Shown: piece after piece, positions 1-8,035 of the stretch
Layout: every line of letters begins with the position of its first letter
Numbering within the stretch: position 1 is the stretch's first letter
From: Alphaproteobacteria bacterium
GTDB lineage: Bacteria > Pseudomonadota > Alphaproteobacteria > CAAHEQ01 > UBA3637
Assembly: GCA_045614025.1 (NCBI GenBank)
Contig: JAZLCE010000038.1
Span: forward strand, 18,875-82,874
Reading direction: 5' to 3'
Length of the DNA stretch: 64,000 bases
Notes under the pieces: generated by a model
The model's database searches: none
What the model was told of the DNA's origin: nothing
The model's input: only the letters and a program-made list of their open reading frames with translations
Program-made: the position numbers and the translations under genes

Positions 1-1200
1 AAAAATGCCATTCTTCCAATTATGATCGCAGCTCTTTTAACAAAAGAACCAGTAACACTTTCAAACATTTCTTATCTTTCTGACGTAAACACGTTATCAG
101 ATCTTCTTAAAAGCATGGGAATGAAAATAAAAGCAAAAAAATCTTCAATGACTTTAACTGCTGATAAAATAACAAATTTTCATGCCGACTATAATTTTGT
201 TTCAAAAATGCGCGCTTCTTTTTGGGTTTTAGGCCCACTATTGGCTCGTTTTGGCGAAGCTGAAGTTTCTCTTCCAGGCGGCTGTGCTATTGGAACACGC
301 CCCGTTGATTTATATTTGAATGCCCTTAAAGAAATGGGCGCTGATATTAAAGTTGAAAATGGATATGTTTGCGCCAAAGGACCATTACATGGAGCAAATA
401 TTTTCTTCCCAAAAGTTTCTGTTGGCGCAACACATAACACCATCATGGCGGCTGTTTTAACCAAAGGAATAACAACTATTCATAATCCAGCACTTGAACC
501 AGAAGTAATGGATTTAATTGATATTTTAGTTAAAATGGGTGCAAAAATTTCAGGTATTGGAACAAAAGTTTTAACCATTGAAGGGGTTGAAGAATTGCAT
601 GGCACAAATCATGAAGTTGTTGCCGATAGAATTGAAGCTGCCACGTTTGCCGTTGCTGCAGCACTCACAAAAGGAAAAATATTTTTAAAAGGCGCAAAAA
701 TAAATTTAATGGATGCAATTGTAGATGCATTACGTCCTTCTAACATTATTTTTAAAGAAGATAAAAATGGCATTTTAGTTGATGCCACAAAAGCCTCTTT
801 AAAGGCAACTTCATTAACAACCTCTGAATACCCAGGTTTCCCAACAGATGCACAAGCGCCTTTATCAACTCTTCTTTCTTTAGCTCCAGGAATGAGCTTA
901 ATTGAAGAAAGAATTTTTGAAAACAGATTCATGCATATCCCAGAATTAAAACGAATGGGGGCAAATATCACTCTTTTAAATAATAATGCTATCTTAATCA
1001 CGGGTGTTAAAAATTTAAGTGGAGCGCAAGTTATGTCTTCTGATTTAAGAGGCGGTGTTTCTCTTGTTTTGGCAGCCTTAATTGCCAAAGGGGAAACCAT
1101 TGTTAAACGCATTTATCATATTGATAGAGGGTATTATCAATTAGAGAAAAAGCTTTCAAAATTGGGAGCTAAAATTAAACGAATCAAATCAAAAAATTAA
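1..1200 (+). CDS. murA: UDP-N-acetylglucosamine 1-carboxyvinyltransferase (5'-partial; frame open to the window edge)
   Basis: KNAILP at positions 1-18, MRASFWVLGPLLAR, LPGGCAIGTRP (catalytic Cys), SVGATHN, YPGFPTD, SDLRGG, HIDRGY. Confidence 0.97.
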   Translation, partial: KNAILPIMIAALLTKEPVTLSNISYLSDVNTLSDLLKSMGMKIKAKKSSMTLTADKITNFHADYNFVSKMRASFWVLGPLLARFGEAEVSLPGGCAIGTRPVDLYLNALKEMGADIKVENGYVCAKGPLHGANIFFPKVSVGATHNTIMAAVLTKGITTIHNPALEPEVMDLIDILVKMGAKISGIGTKVLTIEGVEELHGTNHEVVADRIEAATFAVAAALTKGKIFLKGAKINLMDAIVDALRPSNIIFKEDKNGILVDATKASLKATSLTTSEYPGFPTDAQAPLSTLLSLAPGMSLIEERIFENRFMHIPELKRMGANITLLNNNAILITGVKNLSGAQVMSSDLRGGVSLVLAALIAKGETIVKRIYHIDRGYYQLEKKLSKLGAKIKRIKSKN

Positions 1201-1290
1201 TATAAAAAAAAGAAAAAAAGTCTTTCCTTTTAAAAAAGTTTTTGATATACTCGCTTAAAGAAATGAACAATTTATTTAGAGGTGGGGACC

Positions 1291-2316
1291 ATGAATAGTC
1301 GTTTATATTTTTTATTAAGTTTTGCTTTTTTGTCTGCTTGTATGCCAACTCAAAAGCCAGAATCTGATGCATTTATTCAAAGCGAATTAATGCCTCCAAA
1401 AGAAGAAATAACCATTGTTGAAGAACCAAAAAAAGATGATGACCGCTCTATTTTAGAAGAAATTTTAGCAGCCATTAAATCGCCATCTGTGGTAACACCG
1501 CAACAAACCCCTCCTCCAGCTACGCAACCCGTAACCGCTCAGCAACCACAGATAGCTCCTACCCAAACAACCCCTCCTCCAGTTGCGCAACCACAGCAAC
1601 CTGTTCAACAAGCACCAGTTGCACCTGCTCAAACAACGCCTCCTCCTGTTGTTTTACCACAAGCAAGTTCCAACATTATGCCTCAAATTTTACAGGCAGC
1701 GCCAAATGGAAATGGCGGTGGTTCACCTTTCTTTCAAACAATTGTTTTGCCTCAAATGGCTCCTTTTGCTTATCCAACTCCTATGGTTCCGCAAGCTGCT
1801 CCTATTGCTCAACCACCAGCTCAACCAGCGCCATTTTATTCAACTCCAAATACTCAAACACAAAACTACACTGCTCAAGCTCCAACTCAAAATGCGCCAG
1901 TTCAACCCGTTCAGCAACCTCAACCAACTGTTCAACAAACACAGCCCGTTCAACAGGCCCAACCTGTTCAGCAAGCACAGCCAATTATGGAACAAGCAAA
2001 TTCTTATGTGCCAACAAATTTAGAACCAATAAATCATTCTTATCAACAACAAGCTCAAACATATATTCCATATGTTGAAACTCAAACCACGAATGATTTT
2101 TATCCAACACAAGGATCAGCAGAAGTGATTTTACCCGACACCTATCAACTACCACAGGTGCAACAAATTCCAGCGAATCATGTGATGTCTGGGCAAGAAG
2201 CTTATCCTGTTTGGCAAAGCGACAATGAAGTTTATTATGAAGAAATTATGCCAACACCAGCTGAACCACAAACGCCTTCATTGCAATCAGAAAATATAAA
2301 TATTCCACGGTGGTAA
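1291..2316 (+). CDS. Pro/Gln-rich, largely disordered putative lipoprotein
   Basis: ATG at 1291 after GAGGTGGGG; lipobox FLSAC; repeated QTTPPPV and QPVQQ motifs; no recognisable domain. Confidence 0.75.
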   Translation: MNSRLYFLLSFAFLSACMPTQKPESDAFIQSELMPPKEEITIVEEPKKDDDRSILEEILAAIKSPSVVTPQQTPPPATQPVTAQQPQIAPTQTTPPPVAQPQQPVQQAPVAPAQTTPPPVVLPQASSNIMPQILQAAPNGNGGGSPFFQTIVLPQMAPFAYPTPMVPQAAPIAQPPAQPAPFYSTPNTQTQNYTAQAPTQNAPVQPVQQPQPTVQQTQPVQQAQPVQQAQPIMEQANSYVPTNLEPINHSYQQQAQTYIPYVETQTTNDFYPTQGSAEVILPDTYQLPQVQQIPANHVMSGQEAYPVWQSDNEVYYEEIMPTPAEPQTPSLQSENINIPRW

Positions 2317-3825
2317 ATGATTTCATCAACAAATACTGTTGCCTTTTTAGGTATTCATGTTTTAAAAATTAAAATTGAAGTTCAAATTACAAGCGGACTG
2401 CCCAGTTTTTCAATTGTGGGCCTTGGTGATAAAGCGATTACAGAAAGCAGAGAACGCGTTCGCGCCGCACTGCATACCTTAAATCTTCACCTTCCCCCAC
2501 AACGCATCACCGTTAATCTTGCTCCAGCTGATGTTTTTAAAGAAGGTACTCATTATGATCTTCCTATTGCTATGGCGCTTTTAGCTGCAATGCAAGTTAT
2601 TCCCCATTCAAAAATAAAAGATTTTATTATGATGGGCGAATTGGGTTTGGATGGTAGCATCCGCTCTGTTTCAGGAATTTTACCTGCAGCCATTGAAGCC
2701 AAAAAAGAAAATTTGGGATTTGTTTGTCCTGAAACTCAAGGGGCTGAAGCTTTATGGGCTGAAACACCCAATATTGTTGCAGCTCCAGATTTGCTTTCTC
2801 TTTTAAACCATTTAAAAGGAGAAATCATTTTACCAAAACCAAAACCTCTTGATTTTAAAGACAATACCCCACTTCTTGATCTTGTTGAAATTAAAGGTCA
2901 AGAATCTGCAAAACGCGCACTTGAAATTGCTGCTGCAGGTGGCCACAATATGTTAATGATTGGCCCGCCGGGAACAGGTAAATCCATGCTTGCGGCCCGT
3001 CTTTCTTCCTTATTACCCGAATTAAGTAAAGAAGAAATGTTAGAAGTCAGCCAAATTTATTCTGTTGCTGGATTAATTAAAGAAGGAAATTTTGTTACAA
3101 AACGCCCTTTCAGAGCCCCCCACCATTCCGCCACAATGGCCTCCTTAACTGGTGGTGGCACAAAGGCAAGACCAGGGGAAATATCTTTAGCTCACCGTGG
3201 CGTTTTATTTTTAGATGAACTCCCTGAATTCAATAGAAGTGTTTTAGAATCCTTGCGTCAACCAATGGAAACAGGTTTAATCACCGTTGCAAGAGCCAAT
3301 GCGCATCTTTCATATCCAGCAAGATTCCAATTAATCACCGCCATGAATCCTTGTAAATGTGGTTACTTAGGTGTTTTCGGGAACGAATGTGCTAAAGCAC
3401 CTAAATGTGGTTTAGAATATCTTTCAAAAATATCTGGGCCGTTATTAGATCGTATTGATTTGCAAATTGAAGTTCCAGCCGTTAACCCTTGGGATTTAAC
3501 CACATCAACTGGAGAATCCTCACAAACAGTTGCAACCAGAGTTAAAAAAGCTTTGGAATTTGCAAAAGAAAGATATAAAGGAACAAATATTTTAAGAAAC
3601 GCCGAAGCTGATGGTATGTTTTTAGAAAAACATGCTCACTTGGAAGAAGATGCTATTCGCTTTTTGCAATTAGCGGCCGAAAAACTTCATCTTTCAGCAA
3701 GAGGTTATCATCGCACCATTCGTGTTGCAAGAACTATCGCCGATTTAGCCCAATCCGAAATCGTTAAATCAATGCATGTAAAAGAAGCATTATTTTATAA
3801 AAATCCATTAAAGAAAAACGCATAA
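2317..3825 (+). CDS. comM: YifB/ComM family Mg-chelatase-like AAA+ ATPase
   Basis: IVGLGDKAITESRERV, NLAPAD, GPPGTGKS, PFRAPHHS, HRGVLFLDE, AMNPCKCG, LSARGYHR. Confidence 0.93.
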   Translation: MISSTNTVAFLGIHVLKIKIEVQITSGLPSFSIVGLGDKAITESRERVRAALHTLNLHLPPQRITVNLAPADVFKEGTHYDLPIAMALLAAMQVIPHSKIKDFIMMGELGLDGSIRSVSGILPAAIEAKKENLGFVCPETQGAEALWAETPNIVAAPDLLSLLNHLKGEIILPKPKPLDFKDNTPLLDLVEIKGQESAKRALEIAAAGGHNMLMIGPPGTGKSMLAARLSSLLPELSKEEMLEVSQIYSVAGLIKEGNFVTKRPFRAPHHSATMASLTGGGTKARPGEISLAHRGVLFLDELPEFNRSVLESLRQPMETGLITVARANAHLSYPARFQLITAMNPCKCGYLGVFGNECAKAPKCGLEYLSKISGPLLDRIDLQIEVPAVNPWDLTTSTGESSQTVATRVKKALEFAKERYKGTNILRNAEADGMFLEKHAHLEEDAIRFLQLAAEKLHLSARGYHRTIRVARTIADLAQSEIVKSMHVKEALFYKNPLKKNA

Positions 3826-3829
3826 AAAT

Positions 3830-5101
3830 TTATTTGTTGCGTTGCAAATATTGTTTCATTTTTTCTTGTTGCACTTGGTATTCTTTTGAAATTTCTTGAA
3901 AAAACGGCATTGTTTCATCAATATAAGATAATACACTTCGTCCCATGCTATCTTTAGTTAAAAGCATAGGAGAATGCTTCATTAAAAAATCCACCATCTG
4001 ATAATCTTTTTTTTCAATAGACATCATCAAAAGAGTTTGCCCTGTTGGTTCATATACATTTGAAGCCATTGGCACGCCAGCATTATATAAAATCTTCATA
4101 ACAGACGTATCTTTATTCAACCAAGCATATATCATCGGTGTGCACGCAAACTTATCTTTTAAATTATTCACTTTTTCATGAAGTAAAGAAGAAATTAAAT
4201 AATCATCAAAATTATTTTCAATCGCATAAGAAAGAGGCGATCTGTTATCTGAGTCACACACTGAAATATCAAATCTTTTTTGCAATTGACGCAAACAATA
4301 ATAAGGTTCAGCTAACTGTTCTTTTGGTTGAGAAAAAAGATAAGTAAGCGGTGTTGAATAAAAATTATCGCGTCTTAAAAAAAGCTTTGGCAAACGAGAG
4401 CCCGCTTTTAACAGTAAACTTATAGATGCCCCACATCCATATTTTAATGCCTTTTTAATTGCAACTGGACAAATGCTTTCTGGTTTAACCCCATAATTAG
4501 ACCAATTTTTTGGTAATACATTCGGATTTGCACCCCTTTCAAGAAGATATTGCAAAACATCTAATTTACCTGTGCGAATAGAAATTGATAATGGCGTAAT
4601 ATCCAATCCACCAACGGTATCTAAATTGCCACCCGCATCTATCATTTTATAAACCAAATCATCATAAGATTTATAAATTGCCAAACTGATTGGGTGCAAA
4701 ATTTGATCTTTCTCAACAGGATAAGGCTTAATTGCATGACTTAAAAAAGCAGCTTTATGAGCAGCATATGCTCTTGGATGTGGCGCAATGGCAATTTTAC
4801 AAGGAACATTAACATCAGCACCCTTTTCAATTAATGCTTCTGCGAATGCAGGTCTACGCAATGAAAGAGCATATGAAAGTGCCGAAAAACCAATTGAATC
4901 TTTTTTATTTAAATCTTGAGGCATATTCAAAATCATTTTAAAAATATCATCCCCATCCGTTGTATATCCAAAACGAATAGCCCACATTAAAGGCGTTTCA
5001 CCATATTCATTTAAAACTTCTGGTAACGTCTCACCAATTGCCTTTTCAAGTTCTTTTTTATCTCCTTTGGCAATTAATCGACCAATCATTTTTTTATTCA
5101 T
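3830..5101 (-). CDS. ankyrin repeat protein
   Basis: Several ANK-type motifs (GETPLMWAI, GFSALSYAL, ITPLSISI..LLERGANPN, RSPLSYAI, GQTLLM); start placed at the ATG at 5101 after GAGGAG. Confidence 0.85.
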   Translation of the reverse strand: MNKKMIGRLIAKGDKKELEKAIGETLPEVLNEYGETPLMWAIRFGYTTDGDDIFKMILNMPQDLNKKDSIGFSALSYALSLRRPAFAEALIEKGADVNVPCKIAIAPHPRAYAAHKAAFLSHAIKPYPVEKDQILHPISLAIYKSYDDLVYKMIDAGGNLDTVGGLDITPLSISIRTGKLDVLQYLLERGANPNVLPKNWSNYGVKPESICPVAIKKALKYGCGASISLLLKAGSRLPKLFLRRDNFYSTPLTYLFSQPKEQLAEPYYCLRQLQKRFDISVCDSDNRSPLSYAIENNFDDYLISSLLHEKVNNLKDKFACTPMIYAWLNKDTSVMKILYNAGVPMASNVYEPTGQTLLMMSIEKKDYQMVDFLMKHSPMLLTKDSMGRSVLSYIDETMPFFQEISKEYQVQQEKMKQYLQRNK

Positions 5102-5106
5102 AAAAA

Positions 5107-5162
5107 ACTCCTCATAAAGATGATATGAGGAGTATAATAACAAAAAATCATTTTTTTGTCAA
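5107..5162 (-). promoter_or_regulatory. sigma70-type promoter overlapping a 10-bp hairpin that contains the ankyrin gene SD and is followed by a U-run
   Basis: Minus strand TTGACA(5162-5157)-N17-TATTAT(5139-5134) with TGn; arms ACTCCTCATA 5107-5116 and TATGAGGAGT 5124-5133. Confidence 0.6.
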
Positions 5163-5169
5163 CAAATTT

Positions 5170-6315
5170 TTAAATTTCCTTAAATTCAACAATTTTGCTT
5201 TTCGGATTATAAAACAAACCAACTTTTCCTTCTTTAATTTGTTCAGCATATTTTCCAAAAATTTCATATCGCCAACCAAACATAAATGCTGGTTTCGATA
5301 AACCATATGCAAATTGATATAAATCTTCTTGCGTTCCAATTAATTTTGAAGCAATTTTTTCTTTTCCAGACACCATATCCAATAATAAATGCAATATCGA
5401 CATCAAATTTTTATTACCAATCACATGTTGTTTTTCTTCAGGGAAAGGATAAAAATCTTCAGGCTTTTTTAAAAGAGCAGCGTTTACCACATCAACAACT
5501 TCTTGAGCTCTTTGTTTTTTCAAAAAAGAAGGAATAATGCTCCTCAATGCTGATAATTCTTCCAACGATTTTGGATGCGCCCGAGCAATATCTTGCATCA
5601 CTTCATCTTTTAATATTTGGCGGCGGGGCATATTTAATTTTTTAGCTTGATCTTCGCGCCACAAATAAAGATCTTGATAGATATATTTTGGTTGTTTTGA
5701 TTTAAAATTATATTTTAACTTAGAGGCAATTTTTTCATGAGATGGTTCATAAAGGTTTTCATCATATAACTGATTCATTTCTTCTTCAATCCAAGAAGAA
5801 CGGTTTTGATGCATCACCTTTTCATTTACCAATAAATAGACATCTCTTAAATAAGTCACATCACTTAAAGCATATTCTAATTGAGCCTCAGATAATGGGC
5901 GTTTTGACCAATCAGTCACACGCATGCCTTTATCAATTTCAATATGCAATAAATCTGAAACCAATTGCTGATATCCAACGCTATCTCCATATCCTAAAAC
6001 CATGGCAGCAATTTGCGTATCAAAAATAGGATAAGGAATTTTTTTGGTCATATTATAAAAAATTTCAATATCTTGACGCCCAGAATGAAATACTTTTACA
6101 ACATTTTTATTTTCTAATAACTCAAAAAAAGGTGTTAAATCCAATCCTTTTGCAAGAGGATCAATCAAAACCGCTTCATCTTCACTCGCAGCTTGAATCA
6201 CGCATAATTTAGAGTAAAAAGTATATTCTCTTAAAAATTCCGTATCAATTGTAACAAAAGAATGTGTCGCAAAGCGCTGACATACTTCTTTTAATTCTTC
6301 AGTTGTTGTAATCAT
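5170..6315 (-). CDS. rnd: ribonuclease D
   Basis: IDTEF (Exo I), KVFHSGRQDIE, IFDTQIAA, DWSKRPLS..YALSDV, HRDC-like WREDQAKKLN, GWRYEIFG. Confidence 0.95.
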   Translation of the reverse strand: MITTTEELKEVCQRFATHSFVTIDTEFLREYTFYSKLCVIQAASEDEAVLIDPLAKGLDLTPFFELLENKNVVKVFHSGRQDIEIFYNMTKKIPYPIFDTQIAAMVLGYGDSVGYQQLVSDLLHIEIDKGMRVTDWSKRPLSEAQLEYALSDVTYLRDVYLLVNEKVMHQNRSSWIEEEMNQLYDENLYEPSHEKIASKLKYNFKSKQPKYIYQDLYLWREDQAKKLNMPRRQILKDEVMQDIARAHPKSLEELSALRSIIPSFLKKQRAQEVVDVVNAALLKKPEDFYPFPEEKQHVIGNKNLMSILHLLLDMVSGKEKIASKLIGTQEDLYQFAYGLSKPAFMFGWRYEIFGKYAEQIKEGKVGLFYNPKSKIVEFKEI

Positions 6316-6385
6316 CTTTTAATAAAAGCATTTTTTTTTAAATTTTGCAAGTTCTGTGCAAAAAATATTATTTTTTAATAATTCC

Positions 6386-6414
6386 TTGTAGTTTTTTTCA
6401 TTTTCTGATATAAT
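6386..6414 (+). promoter_or_regulatory. sigma70 promoter of the pilin gene (extended -10)
   Basis: TTGTAG(6386-6391)-N17-TATAAT(6409-6414) preceded by TGn. Confidence 0.55.
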
Positions 6415-6451
6415 AAAAGTAGATTAAGTATCTTAAGAGGGGACTAGTATC

Positions 6452-6940
6452 ATGACAAATAAAAAAAATCAATCTGGACGCAGTATGGTTGAAATGTTAG
6501 GTGTTCTTGCCATTATTGGTTTAATCAGTATTGGTGGAATCACATCTATGGGCTACGTTGATTCATATTTTAGGGTTAACTCAACGATTTTAGAAGTTGA
6601 CAATATTGCCGCAGACGTAGCAGATACTTATTCTTGGGATAGTAGCTATTCTGGAATTAATTTACAAGAAATGTGCCAAGAAAAAGCCATTGATGATTGC
6701 GTATTAACAGGAACAACATATTCATTGGAAAATAGATGGGGTGGCAGTATTACCATTAAATCGGAAGATGAGGGAGCCTATTTTTCCATCACCTATGAAA
6801 AAGTTCCGCTTGTTGCTTGTCAACAACTCTATGATGCCAGCTTAACAAGAAAAACGTTCCATTATGTTGATTTATCCTCTCCAACATCTGACACCGGTTG
6901 CACTGAGGAATCCACTTTGGTCTTTAAGTACAGAGGATAA
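6452..6940 (+). CDS. type IV pilin-like protein (class III signal peptide, PilS-like body)
   Basis: Short basic leader NKKNQSG|RSMVEMLGVLAIIG with Glu at +5 and a hydrophobic helix; NRWGGSITI and FSITYEKVPLVACQQL resemble PilS-family pilins; four Cys. Confidence 0.85.
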   Translation: MTNKKNQSGRSMVEMLGVLAIIGLISIGGITSMGYVDSYFRVNSTILEVDNIAADVADTYSWDSSYSGINLQEMCQEKAIDDCVLTGTTYSLENRWGGSITIKSEDEGAYFSITYEKVPLVACQQLYDASLTRKTFHYVDLSSPTSDTGCTEESTLVFKYRG

Positions 6941-6955
6941 TTTATAATTTTATAT

Positions 6956-6989
6956 AAAAAAACCACCGATTTTATTCGGTGGTTTTTTT
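6956..6989. terminator. bidirectional intrinsic terminator between convergent genes
   Basis: A7-CCACCGA..TCGGTGG-T7. Confidence 0.85.
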
Positions 6990-7004
6990 CTTTTTACTTT
7001 CAAA

Positions 7005-7925
7005 TTATTCCATATCTCTTAAAAGTTTTCGAACATATTCTCTATTTTCTTGCGCAAAGAATGAACGCGTCAATAATTCCCTAATCAAAGCTTGTTCATA
7101 AAGAGGTAAAGAACCCGTATCCATCATTTCATAATTAGATGGAACCAAAATTTCCATTTCAACAGCAAATCCATTTTCTTCACCTTCTTTATCCAAGAAA
7201 GAGTTAATCCCATCTGTATAAACCCATTCGCCAAGAGATAATCCTTCAGGCATTTGCCCTGTTTTTTCAATTTCAGCTGTTTCTTTTTCAATGGAATCCA
7301 AACATTCTTTTGGCAAAACAATTGGAGAATATCCCGCAATATTGCTTGTTGGATTTTTTGGTTTTTCAATTAATCTTTTATTGCTAATAATCGCATTATT
7401 GCTCACATCTTCTTTAACAATACCTGTTAATAAAATTTTCTTAGGATCTTGCAAAAAAGAATCTGTGATTTTTTTAACAAAAGGAACTTTTGCTTTTGTT
7501 GAATCAATCAAATCATCTGGAAAAATTAAAACACCATGGCGTTCTGGAGATAGACGATGCGCTAAACCCAAAACTTGCGCCGTTCCGATTGGTTTTTCTT
7601 GAATCACATATTTTAAATCAATATCATCTGGCAAAAAGGTTGCGCGTAACACATCTGCAATGCGCTCCCTGCCCCCATTACGCAATTTACTTTCCGTTTT
7701 TAAATCTGTTTTTAAAGCCTCTTGAAAAGCATCAATTGTTGTTTGATCAGAAACAACCAATGTGATATGACGAGCCCCCATACGAACAATATCTTGAAGC
7801 ACGCAGTCAATTAATCTGATATCCCCAAATGGTAACAAACATTTATGAGCAATCCCTTTTGAATGAGGAAAATTACGCGTGCTTTTTCCTGCACAAGCCA
7901 CAATAAATTCTATATTCTCATACAT
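7005..7925 (-). CDS. sugar-phosphate nucleotidyltransferase (GalU-like, divergent)
   Basis: ACAGKSTRNFP..KCLLP (GxGTR variant), QEKPIGTA, FPDDL, LIEKP, DTGS. Confidence 0.8.
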   Translation of the reverse strand: MYENIEFIVACAGKSTRNFPHSKGIAHKCLLPFGDIRLIDCVLQDIVRMGARHITLVVSDQTTIDAFQEALKTDLKTESKLRNGGRERIADVLRATFLPDDIDLKYVIQEKPIGTAQVLGLAHRLSPERHGVLIFPDDLIDSTKAKVPFVKKITDSFLQDPKKILLTGIVKEDVSNNAIISNKRLIEKPKNPTSNIAGYSPIVLPKECLDSIEKETAEIEKTGQMPEGLSLGEWVYTDGINSFLDKEGEENGFAVEMEILVPSNYEMMDTGSLPLYEQALIRELLTRSFFAQENREYVRKLLRDME

Positions 7926-8035
7926 CTATTTTCTCCTTATTTTAGATATAATGAAACAATACATTTAATCTAAAATGTTTATAAAATAAAAGCAAGCTAA
8001 AACCTTAAAAAAATAAACTTTATAGGTTCACATCT

